Assembly (NCBI GenBank): GCA_039545335.1
Contig: BCIN01000002.1
Location: 2,386,678-2,450,677, forward strand
DNA length: 64,000 bases
Reading direction: 5' to 3'
From: Kondoa subrosea
Taxonomy: Eukaryota
Of this stretch, positions 1 to 12,434 are shown piece after piece; position 1 is the first letter of the stretch, and each line of letters opens with the position of its first letter. A program made the translations under genes and the position numbers. The notes below the pieces were generated by a model. It had not been told where the DNA came from. It did no database searches and saw nothing but the letters and a program-made list of their open reading frames with translations.

Positions 1-1743
1 TGTTCAGAACAGCCCCCGCTCAGCCAGAGATCATTCTAACCCGAAGAAAGTACGCACATTCGGATCAACCATATTATAAGCAGGAGGTTCTTGTACTCTT
101 ATGGGTCCAGGCGTACTTTCACTTGCAGAAGGAGTAGGTGGCGGTCTATCATAATTTGCTGTTCTCAGTATCTCTTCAGCATCTGACTCTTGTTCTTCAG
201 ATGTGTTTTGTCTTCTTCTTCGATTGAAAGGGTTGAAAGCGTTGAAAGGACCTAGAGAATGAAGTGAGATGTCAAGAAGGTTTGGCGTAGGGGGATTGTG
301 TGGTAGATCTTCTTCATCTTCCGATAATGTTCTTTGCGCTTGTGGTGTTGCTGCTATAGGCGACTGTACACCAAGAACCGTGGGAATCAGCCAAAGCTAA
401 TCTATCCGCGAGTTCCAAACGCACCTGCTCAGAATCAGACGCATCCGATCCACTTCTTGATGACACAGAACTCCTTCTTGCTGTTCTCAACGGTGATGGT
501 ATAGCTGGAGCAGAAGAAGCTACTTGCTGTTGCTGATGACTTCTTCTGGAACTTCTCCTTGACGGCACTGTAGGCGTTGTCGGTTCCTCCGCCGATGATC
601 TTTGATGACCATTCAACAAGCCAGCCGCTTCCAACAGTATACTGCCTCTCTCACTGCCATAAGCTGGAGGAGGAGCCAAAGTTCCAATTGTCGGAGCCAA
701 ACCCCATTTCTTTACATTAGCTTCAATAAAGACGAAACCCGCTTGACCCAAATTAACATGAATTGAAGCTGGTCCATCCGCACCGACAGTAGGAAACAAG
801 TTGTACCGATTCAAACCGACATAAGCATCTTCCAATTTTTTCCCATTCCGAGTAAAGAAAACCGCTCCTGTTCTAGGTCTGTAACCAACACCTATTACAT
901 CCCCTTCCAACAATGATGGACCGTAAGAAGAAGCCGTGAAAGGATAATTATGAGCTTTGGTACCATCTTGACTGAAATAACCGACTGAGAACTTGTTCCA
1001 ACCTGGTAATCGAAAAGAAGGGAAAGGTTTAGTTGCTAATCCAATAGCAACATTGGTTGTCAAAGGTTTCTCATACAGCTTCGCTTCCCAATAATAGACT
1101 TCGTTGAGTTTCGGTAATGGTAAGTTGGACTGAACGCATGCTCCTCCACCTTGTTCTGGCAGCATATCAAGTCCATCAGGTAGAAAGATGATTTCTGTTC
1201 TAGATTGAACCAGTAAAGGAGGATTGGATTCATAATCTGGTTCGAATGACCAAGCTGAGACGCCTTTTTCTTGTATGGATAAGAACTGGGATAGAGTGAT
1301 ATCAGTAGGCTGAGAATTAGGTGGATATTGATTTTGCCAGGCTATTCCATTGTAATCCTTCTTGAGCATTTCTCACGATGCATAGGAAATCATTTCAACG
1401 AACCTTTTGCTCGACTATAACCCGCTTTGACTGGTTCTTCCACATTAGCCAACCATCTCGACTCATCTCCATCCATATCCAATTCCTCCTCTCTACCCAA
1501 ATCCAATGGTCCATCACTATCGTTCTCACCTCCCATCAATTGAATCCCCCGACCGCGTCTTCGAGCTAGAATGATAAAGATCAAGAAGAGTAACAGAAGA
1601 AAGAGCAGGGAGGATAAGAGGATGAGAATAGGTAGAAGAATAGCGAGCGTTTGATCTGATGGAGCTCGATTCATACTTAGTTTGAGAGACATGCTGCTAT
1701 CTTGCGGCTGCTGCGACTGCATTTGCTTGATTGAGTCTTCCAT
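1..1743 (-). CDS. SSH4: SPRY-domain single-pass membrane protein, Ssh4/Ear1-like (Rsp5 adaptor); 3' end probably runs off the window start
   Basis: ORF 1390-1743 has an N-terminal TM helix (LAILLPILILLSSLLFLLLLFLIFII). ORF 314-1369 has SPRY motifs (SNLPLP..YYWEAK, ATKPFPSFRLPGW, GDVIGVGY, FFTRNGKKL) and PPPAY. Intron at about 364-424, then reading continues to a second PPAY. Confidence 0.85.
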
Positions 1744-2014
1744 ACTTGTGAACCAGAGTATAGTAGCAAGCCGAGGAGAGGGAGATGTGGAGATATTGAA
1801 TCAGCTGGCAGCTCAGTTCGCAATTCTCCAAGACGCCGGAGTCATGCACGTCCCAAATGTGATCGCTGGTGTGGTATATATGTGAGACTGTAGCTATGGT
1901 ATAGAGCCAGACAACGGAAGATATATTCGGGAGCAGTGTTCGGTTTGCGGTCAAAGGGGGAGCCAGAATCAATCGCAAGCACTTTCATTCGTTATCGGCC
2001 GCTTCCTTGCAGAT

Positions 2015-2499
2015 ATGTCTTCTGGTGAGCTGGACAGCCCTAGTGCCCGGCAGTACTGATGCGCACGAACGCGAAGAAAGCGCAAACTATCTAATGTATG
2101 GTCTACATGTCTATGCCTCCATATCTACTGCCCTAATAAGTTATTGTGCCTTCTCTAGCGGCTTTCACAAAGATGCAAGCCCAGAAGCAAGAGAGAAAGC
2201 CAAGAAGGAGCTTGAATCCAATGGCGGTTCGTTATAGTTCTTCCCCTTCTTCCCTTTTTCTGACCCTTCAATCATACCCATAGCAATCATTCATAAGGAA
2301 ATCCCACTGGTCAAAATTCTTTCTGTATCGCTACCCAGTTCTTATTTCACCAGCTTAAATCAGACCGTTTCAGGTTCGGGACATGAAGCAATTCGTTATA
2401 TCGGTTCGCATTGTTTTCTGTTTATTTCGATGCTGAAAGTACTGATATTCCATTGCAGAACCAGATGGTGAAGTGAAGATTCAACCAATCAACGCTTGA
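2015..2499 (+). CDS. Small protease propeptide/inhibitor I9 family protein (POIA1/Pbi2-like), 5 exons
   Basis: Manual splicing gives MSSESANYLIGFHKDASPEAREKAKKELESNGAIIHKEIPLVKILSVSLPSSYFTSLNQTVSGSGHEAIRYIEPDGEVKIQPINA*. It has the I9-like N-terminal Y(L/I)xxF strand and C-terminal YIEPDGEV motif. All introns are GT-AG. Confidence 0.8.
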
Positions 2500-2635
2500 G
2501 ATAGCGGGAACTTGTATGCTTGTATCGTTTTTTGACAGTCTTGAACAGACTCTTTTTCTTTTTCTCGTTTCATAGACCAAATCTAGTCTTCGTATTCTGT
2601 AGCTGCTTGACCAGGCCACATATTTTGTAACACGC

Positions 2636-3284
2636 TCATGAATCCTCTTCGTCCAACATGAGCGTTTGAATCAAACCTGTCCAGTCAAAAAGATCTCTTA
2701 GCTCGATAGAAGCTCGAAACCCTTGGAACGGACCTTTCCCACGAATTATCCTCTACTTTTTTACCTAATGCTTTCCCAATCTTTCCCTGCGTCAATCTAC
2801 CTTGTGCTTGGAAAATGGCTTTCTGTTGAAAAACAGTATATCGTTCTGGATGATTACCTCTATTTGGAGGTCTGTACGATATTCTTTCGGTGCAAGTAAT
2901 GACAGAAGATAAGGATAAGTTGACGGAAGCTTGTAATAATGCTGGGGTATTTTCTGAAGCGGAAGAGGGTAAGACTAGGAAAGTGATTTCCCTAACATAA
3001 GCATCTTCTTGAGCTCCAACTAGTTTCATAACCCATTTAGGCGCAGATTCTTAAACAGACACTGTATCAGCTCCCCTCATTTCGCTTCAAGCTGTGAACA
3101 TACGAGATACGCCTATAAGTCTTTCTGTTCTCAATAGTTTCCCATCTTCTGATAATTTGCAAGACAGTGTATCAACGCTGACCACATGCTGAGCATCAGG
3201 GTTGGGATATTTTCGAAATAAAGATTGAGCGGTTTGTACAAAAGTGTAAGGGTAAGTGAAGGATTGGGTGAAAGGAGCGACCAT
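2636..3284 (-). CDS. PRELI/MSF1 domain mitochondrial intermembrane-space lipid transfer protein (Ups family)
   Basis: FRKYPNPDAQHVVSVDTL...LRTERLIG, then APKWVMKLVGAQEDAYVRE and SVNLSLSSVITCTERISY are typical PRELI motifs. The last exon ends LMLDEEDS*. Confidence 0.85.
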
Positions 3285-3660
3285 TGGTAGAAGTCTCTAG
3301 CGCATTGCCAGTGTGGTGATTAATCGTAAGCTCGTTCGTTACTGTATAATATGGTTTCTGAACAAAGAGGTCCGAAATTATTTGACCAGGGTTGAACGTT
3401 GGAGAGCAACGCTTTGGTCTGTCTCTCCTGTTGTCGTCTGTGTATGCGTTTGTGCTGGAGTCCCTTACGTCACAGACCCGGCATTGTTGTTGCTTCTAGC
3501 TGACATTAGGCTTTATTCAACTACCAAGCAGGTTGATCAAATCAATGCCGCGGCATGATTTTACGCGTTTCTGTGTTTGTGAGATGCTTTATGATCATTC
3601 CCCATCGATTCTTCTCGTTCTTCCGCGCGCATATTGCGAAACTCTGCAGAAACATCGCAT

Positions 3661-4700
3661 TCAGCATGAGCTCTGGCTGCCGTGGTCTTTCTTTATGTCT
3701 TCCTCCTTGCTGTCGTGTGTACCCGCGTCAGCGATTCCTCGAAATGTAAAGTATCGCAGAGACTCGTTGAAACTTGTATCATGCTATTTTATGTCCGAAT
3801 GTTACCCGCTTAATCGGCAGCCTATCACTTGGCTTGTCTCTCCCCGTAGTACTCCAGAAGAGTAAACAGCTGATGCTCCACCTGTCCGAACCCTTTCTTC
3901 CATGATTGGTAAACCGCTGCAGGTCGTTTGTCTAGATAACGCCGAACAACATCTTTGAAGTGAGCATCTTGTGTTTGGACAAGATGTACTTCTTCCCTTG
4001 CGCGCAATGCAGCTGACGTCTGCTGACGTCTGTAAAGTTTGTACTAATATTCGCGTGAGCGTCAAGACTGCTCTGATATCCATACGCAATCCCACTTACT
4101 AGCTCTTCCACATTGGCTTGCCCTAGAACTTCCAGGTATTGGAAAGGGTTGTTCACGAAGTCTGCATGCTTCGCTGCCCCTTCTTTCGATCGAGCTTTGA
4201 GTTCAGGTAAATCGAGCTTGTAAGCTGTTTCATAGAGTTTGAAAGCGTCCTCGTAGGACAAGAAGTGGCTGAAAATATAAGATTCAGCAAAATTCAGGCC
4301 CACAACAGAAAACCTACCGCTTTGACAGAATATCTTTTGCAACCCCAAACACTCTATGCATACCCCATTTATGACCTAATCTCAATACTCCGCATAAAAC
4401 GGTAGTGCTTTTGTTCTCAAGACTAGGTATTTCCATATTGTAGCAGAACGGAGCAACCAGATCCCAGTATCCCTTTGCTTCACAAGTATCAGTCAATTCT
4501 ACCTTGGCCATTCCGTTCTCATCCGGATTGCTGCTTGAGCATTCTAGCATGTCGAAAATAAGATCAGAGGAAGTCGAAAGGTACTTCATGTGTAATTCGA
4601 TAACATAGCCATCAGGTGTGACGAGCGCGATGTCGGGCTTGCCGGCACTTGAGGGAGCTTCGAAAGGCAGCACAGGTACAGAAGATTCGATGTTCTGCAT
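3661..4700 (-). CDS. BTB/POZ-like domain protein
   Basis: PDIALVTPDGYVIELHMKYLSTSSDLIFDML...VELTD resembles a fungal BTB N-terminus. ORFs 4314-4805, 3932-4348 and 3825-4007 join through GT-AG introns. Confidence 0.6.
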
Positions 4701-5248
4701 GTTCTTTGCTTTGCTTGCGGTCAGGACAAGAGTGTGCGAGAAAGAGAGAAAAAGACACAGAGAGAAAAGTAGCATCAGAGAAATTCCAAAACACGAGGAA
4801 AGCACGAGGCACTGATGTCATATAAATTGGTTGATGTAATACGAGAGGCATGAATCTGAATCAGGTCCAGCAGATTGAGAAGTGAGGTGAGATTGGTGAG
4901 GCCGCTTATCGCTGCGGCAAGCCTAGGAAACGGGCTGTTTGCTTTGTGGCAGAAGAAAGAACCAGACGAGAAGAGAGCACATGCTGTCCACAGAATGTAC
5001 CGCAGTCCACAAACTTGATGTAGTGATCTAAAAGAAAGCATTCCATTTTTCGTGTAACAAAACAGACCGCAAAGATCTTCTACTTAAAAAAGGCGTTAAT
5101 AAAGATTGTTCTTGTCAATCTCCCAGGTTACTGCGCTGCTCATACTGCTAGAGTTCCGGTCTTTTCATATCTGTGGATATTGTACGAGGGATGAGTGATT
5201 CTCAAAATCTCGAACCACATCAACCCACCTGAGCACTGATTTGAGCAT

Positions 5249-6257
5249 TTATGAAGTGTGAGCGGTGGTTGAAGGAGCAGCAGGGCTGTCACTGTTCGAT
5301 TGGCCAACCATGGACGTTAGCACATTAATTGCTAGAACATCGGGGCAACGAACGCGGGAATGTATCCACGTTGAGCTGAGATGACGACAGGGCGAAGGAC
5401 TTTCTGGTAAACGACTGAAGCACCTTTGGTTTGAGGAAGAACAAGGTAGATGATGAGGGCGGTCTTGAAAGTGTAGTAGACTGTGCGAAACATCAATGTT
5501 AGCTCATTGATCGCCAAGAATTACTTAAAGACATACATGGGAACCACTGTAGATACGAGCCACCTGGCATCAGTAACAAACTGACCCATCCTTTCTAGTC
5601 ACCTACGTAAAGGACGGCATCGGAGAAAGTCCTGATCAGCAAAGGATGAGCCATCAATTCGGGCGAAGTTCTGGCATGTCGCTTACTCAATGATTTGGAA
5701 GAATCCGTAAACGACCTGAGAAAGACTTTAGTAATACTTCGGCATAATGACAAAGTGGATTCACCCAGTATGTAAGCCACTAGAAGACAAATTCGATCAA
5801 GACTCGCAAAGATGGTTGGAAATACACATACCTGAACATCATCACCTGAGGAAGGAGTCTCCAAAGCCCTCATCGAGAAGTATGCAGGTAGAACCCATCT
5901 GAAATCGAGCAAATGAGTCAATAAAAGTCGGACTAGCAGCCTTCAGCGCATACCCGAAAAGGTTTGACAAGAAACCAGCAGCGATGTTGAAGAAGATCAG
6001 GAAGGAGAATAAGCCTCCAAGACCGAGGACGGCGTATGCTTTTGGGACATTGGTTTGTCTTTCAAGGTTGTTGAGAGCGGGGTATTTCGACAGCTGTCGA
6101 TCGTACTCTGGGTCAAACTCTCGAAAGAGTTTCTGAAGCACGACGAACCTCCTTGTCGACTTGAGCAATGTAGTCTGGTCATCTCCACGTCAACATTCTG
6201 GATTTAACGAAAGATTCGAATAAGAAGCTCACAATTGAATTTCTGTTGAGCGCTCAT
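5249..6257 (-). CDS. YOP1: Yop1 / REEP (TB2/DP1/HVA22) ER-shaping protein
   Basis: DRQLSKYPALNNLERQTNVPKAYAVLG, WVLPAYFSMRALETPSSGDDVQ, and YYTFKTALIIYLVLPQTKGASVVYQKVLRP. Confidence 0.92.
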
Positions 6258-6671
6258 GTTGTGTTATATTCGTACTCGTTCAAGAGGTCGTTACGCTGTG
6301 AGACATTATCGAATATGTCAGCAATGGCCTCGAACCAAGGAAATTTTGCAAGGCGGTCCAGAATGGAGAGTGAAGCTCTTTGCATGGGCTAGGAGTGAGG
6401 CCGCACTGAGAAGCAGCAATAGTCCAAGATATGCATTGAGTCTTGCTTGACCCACGCGAGAGATAAAAGATAGGGCAAAAAAGTCGAAGCTTACGTAGAA
6501 TTGGCTACTGTCTGTGCAAATTGAGTCAGCGGTGCGCGCTCAGGCTTTCGTGAAACTCTACTGACCTGTTTGGTGAAGACAAAAGACTTGGTTTGGGAAG
6601 AAGATGCGCCTTCGGAATATTCGTGACGTGCACTTTGTCGCACTCGGCCAATTTCATTAAAGGCTCAATCT

Positions 6672-8808
6672 ATGCAGGGTGGGGCGCTGGTAGTCAAGCA
6701 GGCGTGTAGAAGTAGCAGGACAACAGGGATCTCTCAGTGTCTGCTACCTTTACCTCTTTTTACCTCGTCGCCTTGCACACCTCTCGCACAACGGAGCTTT
6801 CATGCTCGATCAAGAGCTAGAGATGCTTCACAACGACAATCTTCTTCCTCTTTGAACGATCTTTCTTCTTCTGCTAAGCACAATCAATCTTTCTCGAGTA
6901 AGTCGCTCGAACCTTTGCTTTTGCATTGGCATGCTAACAAGGTGTGCGTTCCTACAGCGCGTCTGCGAACGAGATTAAAGGACACACCGACGAAATGGTA
7001 TCCGATAGTGAGCCCCTTGCATTATCAAACACGTAGGTATTTGATATGGTGTTGGCGGTTTACAGCCGATAGGATTGGGAATAGCTGTATTAGTCGGCAT
7101 GCGATTCATCAAAGAGCAATGGAACAACGATTCAGTAGGGGATGATAACGTTCGTGTTCAAGGTCCTTGGCAGGTAGATCACACGATCACATTGCATCAA
7201 TTTCGATCGATCAAATGGTTTGCTGTATCTACAGGTCCATGTAATGGGCGCTCTACCTCTACGAACGCTTTCAAGAATCTATGGAGCTCTAAATGAATAT
7301 ACTTTACCAAATTGGTTCCGAGTACCAGGTTTCAAGTTGTACGGATGGATCTTTGGCGTCAATTTTGATGAAGTGGAAAGACCTTTGGAGTCATATACTT
7401 CTTTGAGCGATTTCTTCATGAGAAAGCTTAAGGCTGGATCAAGAATAGCGGATGATAGTCCTCTGGTCAGTACATTATGCATCATGCGCTACCATAGCGC
7501 TCGGTTCATGATGTGACTGACAGATCTCACCTGCTGATGGAACGGTAGTCAATTTCGGTTACATTGAAAACAGACGGATCGAATCCATAAAAGGAGCAAC
7601 TTATTCCCTCGATGCCTTATTACAAGGTACTGGACCAACGAGTAGTGCCCCAACAAACGCTCTACCTCCGCCAGCAGCTTCAACGCATGATGATCATGTC
7701 AAGCAACATAGTACAGTGAAAGATGAAGAATTCGCTGATGTGAATGGTATCAATTATTCTCTTGATGATCTCATGGGCGGTGATGTCCAACACACAGCAA
7801 CTCAAACCACTTCCTCCAAGAACAAAAGAGTGGATATGATAGATACTAAAGTCTCGAATGGGAACGAACAGAAAGACGCTTCGGTCGATGCGGAAGATAG
7901 AGAACATGCTAGTATGGGGGAACAGGCGGCAGTGGCTATGAATGTTGGACCCAGGAGTATGCCTTGGACTTACAGAGGAGTACCGAAACCTGGAAACAAG
8001 ATGTTCTTTTGCGTTGTCTACCTCGGACCAGGAGATTACCATCGGTGGGTTATAATGGCGATGAGCTATACACTTAGCTGAGACGCTTCATCAACCACAG
8101 CTTCCACAGTCCTGCTTCATGGGTAGTTGAGAGGAGAAGACATTTCGCAGGTGGGTTGCCAGAATTGCGGTGGACATCAGGCTCATCTGCACCAGGCGAA
8201 TTGTTCTCCGTTTCTCCTTATGTTACGCAGAAGCTGGCAGATCTCTTTGTTCTCAACGAGCGGGTAGCGCTCTTGGGCAGGTGGAGATATGGTTTCTTCT
8301 CAATGTAAGCCATATTGTCCGATTATTGCTGTCAAAGTCTGACTGTATTTATCGCAGGGTACCAGTTGGGTGAGCTCTCATGTATTGCTGCTGACCCGAG
8401 CTCTGCTAATGCTGTGATCTCAGAGCAACCAATGTCGTAAGTCAGGCGCTCCTTTGCAATATTTTGCTGAAGGGTACTTCTCCTTACAGGGCCGAATTGT
8501 GATCAACTTCGACAAAGATCTTCGAACAAATTCTTCGAGCAGACCAGAAAAGCCAGGACGGTGTAAGTCGTCCGCTTACAGACTAAGCTTTCTCTGAAGT
8601 CTTAATGTGTATCGCAGTCACCGAGGCAAATTACGCAAGCGCATCCAGGTTACTCGGAGGTCATCCTCTGCAAGCATTCGACGAAGTTGGTGGCTTCATG
8701 CTAGGTAGCACTATCGTCATGGTATTTGAAGCGCCAGAAAACTTCCACTTCACAGCTGTAAAGGGAGCCAAATGTAAGGTCGGAGAGTCGCTGGGGCATC
8801 TAGCATAA
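6672..8808 (+). CDS. PSD1: Mitochondrial phosphatidylserine decarboxylase proenzyme
   Basis: [54 protein letters not shown], and the autocleavage motif [16 protein letters not shown]. The N-terminus looks like a presequence. Confidence 0.95.
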
Positions 8809-8987
8809 GCGCAAGGAAACACTGTCTAGATATTGCAGAATATGAAAAGTACAAGCGCCCATGTAGAAATACATCTGATCGAATCGAGACCTTTATTTGC
8901 TACCGATACAGTTCACTCTGCCATTTTCTCTGAACAATCTCTTGAGCAAACTTTCTACCCGAATCTTCTATCTAGTAAGAATACATT

Positions 8988-11587
8988 TCACCATTGAGGT
9001 CCTTCGGCTTGCTGCGTAAAGTTCAGCTTCCCACCGAGCATTGCATTGAAGAAAGTGATTCTCACCTTATCAACAGGGGCCATCCATATTCTTGTCTTGT
9101 ACAATCGGCTGCAGTAAAAGTGAGCAGACAGTATTAGCACATTGACACAACACTCACAAGAGGTCTTTGACCAAATCTCGGCTATCACGAGATTGAGCAT
9201 CAAAATCAGCAGACGAGAGACGTGACTCACAAATCGATCCTCTTGTCTGCAATGTAGAACAAAGTCAATTTGCGGCGGTCTGCGCAATTTCTGGTCAGCA
9301 AGGGAATGAACCTATTTGAGCCTAAGACTTACCGAATTGCCATTCGGCGCCAACCACTTCCATGTCCATACCTTTCTGATACACTTTGCTTTGCACTAAG
9401 GCTAGAGCTTTCGCCTCATCTCCAGCCTTCGATGCAAGTAGCTGAAGATCTGAAGGTGAAGCTTTGCCAAGTAAGCGCTTTGGATGCACCTCCTACGAAT
9501 ACGATCAGCAGATTGATTGCAAAATGAATAGCCATGACGTACTCTTGTCAAACGAGAGATTGTATGCGGATTAGGCGCTTGACCAGTCTGAGCTCCAGCT
9601 AATTGCGCCAAAGCAGTATCGACTTGTGACTTCTGGAAAGCTTGAACGTCTTCCAAGCTGATATTGTCATGAACGACTGTGCCCAAATCTTTGCCTCGAT
9701 CCGCTTCCACGATGACCACATCACCCGAAGCAATAACAGATGATGGATCGCCAAGGTAGAAGATGTCTGTCCTTCCTGGCTTGAACTCAACAATGAAAAG
9801 AGGCGAAGAGGCCGGCACTTGATGTAATGGAATACCACGACCAAATTCCTGCAAATCTGGTTCTTGATGGGTCTGAGCGCCAAAGTAGACCGGTCTGTTT
9901 GACGGATCGTGAGGATTTGAAGAGATAGACTGATGAGAAGGAACAGAGATCGGAGGTGGACGAGTATTGAAGCCGCCTGTAAATTGTTGAGGTTGCTGGA
10001 ATTGCTGCGGACCAGGTTGCTGGAATTGTTGCCTATTCTGGAAATTCTGTGGCGGCGCAAAAGCACCTGGAGGAGGTAGCTGATTTGCACGAGCAGGCTG
10101 AGGAATAAAGGAAGGGAATCCGAATGCATTTGGCAGAGGAGGTGGTTGTTGGTAGAACGAGACTGGTGGTGGTAAACCATTGCCAGATGGATGAGCCAGG
10201 TTTGCTGCAGATGGCTCGAAATTATTAGCAGGCTGGTACCTCGTTGGACTACTTCGTCTTGGCGAAGGATCTCTTCTATGAGGCGATTCTTGTCTGCGTT
10301 GCGGCTGATTCTCGAAACTAAGCTGCAACGAGTTCAAGCTATCTGCTAGCTCATCATCATCAAGACGCAAGCGACTCGAAGCAGGTTCAGGGAAAGCGGA
10401 ACGGATGTCTTTTTTGAAGCTGCTCGAAGTTGTTGTAGCGGGAATATCAAAGCCAACTTGACTTGTTCTAATCGCACTTGAAGTGAAAGCAGCCAGCGAA
10501 TGCCTTCTGGAAGTTGCTCCACTACGAGTAGGCGGAGCCACATCTTCATCCGACCCATCATCGTCAAACGCTTCTTGAGTGTATGACATTGGTCTCGTTC
10601 CAGCCCAAATCGTTTCTCCTCTCTTACGACCACTTCCAACCGGTCCCAGAGCTGATTTCATGCCAGCCTCGAATGGAAGACCTCCGCCCAAGAAGGCTCC
10701 ATCTCGAGTGAAGGGGCTGACATTGGTTGAAGCAATGCCGCCAAAGCGAGAGTCGTCTCGATGTATGGAGTATTCGCTGTTGAAAGATCTAGCGTGTCTA
10801 TCCCAGTCTGGACCGGAAGGAGACGATGGAGCTTGAAATCCAGATCTTTGTTGAATATTGATGGATAGACCCGAGGCGGGTTGAGGTGATGCTGGAGCTC
10901 CCCAAATCCTACTACTCGGAACAGAGGAGGGATGAGGGCCATTGGAGGCGAGAGCAGCGTTGCTTCCAAGTATAGGAAGACCTGGCGGCGATAGAACTGC
11001 TTCCACAGGTGCAACTGAAGATCTTGAGCGATGTCGAGTTCGAGAAGAGTGATGTTCTTCTTCAGCCATTGTGGGAAGAACGCTCCGAAGCGAGTGGTTA
11101 TCTTTAGCAGGAGAAAACGAAGGGTTTAATTCTCTCGCGCGAGAAGTTGGGGTAGCAGAATAAGACCTAGATGCAGGAGAATTCAACGGCGAACCAGTTG
11201 CTGCAGCTAAGATATCAAAGAGGGTGTTGTTGTTGGACAGACCGTTTTGCTGTGAAAGGTTTGGCGAATGGGTAATCGGTGGTTGACTATAGGATCGCGT
11301 TCGTAAAGGAGCTTTAGGTGGTGAGACGCCGAAGAGAGCGCTTAGAGCTGCGACCTTGTTGGTATCAAGTGCAGCGTCGGCTTTTTGCCTGACTTGCTGA
11401 CTTGCAAGACTGTGTTGCTGAAGCTGGAATTGAGGCCAATCTTGACCGTTACTATGTAGTGCGTCGATAGAACCTGATACCAATGAGTGACTGGCTGCTA
11501 CTGTGGGTGAAGCGAAAAGGGAGCGTTTGACGGCTCTTCCGCGCTCTTCTAAAGTAGGTGAACCAGCTAGATACGGAACTTCTGCCG
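8988..11587 (-). CDS. PSP1 C-terminal domain protein with long low-complexity N-terminus; 5' exons upstream of 11587 unresolved
   Basis: LFIVEFKPGRTDIFY, GDVVIVEADRGKDLG and RLYKTRIWM are motifs of fungal Psp1-like proteins. 693-aa ORF at 9402-11483. Confidence 0.8.
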
Positions 11588-12434
11588 CTATAGAAGATTC
11601 AAGAAACGCTGCAGATACTGATGTAGCGAGTGTTGCTGGTGTTCTAGTGCTGATCTACAAATAGACAACAGCATCAGTAATTGTTGCGGGGCAAGCGTCT
11701 CGATCGTGAAAATGCAGAAGGACTGTGATATCTTGGAGCTGGAGATAAGTGGTACATAGCGAATCTCGTATCTCCACTGTAAAGTATGGGAGACGGACAA
11801 CCAGGCGCGAACAGGCAGATTATGCAAAGACAAGAGAGCTTACTGGAGACCAAATTGAAGTTTCGAGTGAATGCGGCTCAGAGCCAAAGCCCTATTGATA
11901 GCTATTAGTCCAGCTCTGTACGTCAAAAGCGGTTTGCTCACACCGTTCATCAAATTGCAAGATCAAGCAGAACTGCTTTGGAGATGAGCTACACTTCTAA
12001 CCGCTCGCTTCCAGGCTTAAGAGATACGCTCCTCTTCTCTCTCCTCGTCTACAGGCCTAGACAACAGACCGCCGAGATTCGAGCTGGACCAGTACTTTTC
12101 GCGGGGTTTGTCGAGAATTGCTTGCGGGCCGACTGCTTGGAAGGCTTGAACAAGGATAATAGGAAGATCAAGATGCCTGCGCTCTTGATACTGACCCTCT
12201 TGTCCTGTCTTGAGGCCGTTCAAGAGGGAAAGTCATGTATTTTCTCGGCACATGATGCGCATAGAAAAGGGCGGAAAGAGTACAGGTCAAGGGCAGCAGC
12301 AGCTGCAGTTACAGTCTCAAACATATCTAGTGTCAAGAATACATAACCATACATTACAATCAACTCCCTTCAACCTGGCAGACTTAGAATTCAAACTCCT
12401 CCGATCGGCCCAACTATCGTGCCATAGTACATTT

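Noticed and set aside
4012..4100. Apparent frameshift and 10-bp tandem duplication (cagacgtcag x2) in the BTB-like gene
   Set aside because: A GTAAGT...TTAG intron joins the two frames cleanly (EEL/YKLYRRQQTSAALRAREE), so no lesion is needed.
9970..10050. Gln-rich quasi-repeat (QQFQQP) in the PSP1-like gene
   Set aside because: Ordinary low-complexity coding region, common in this protein family.
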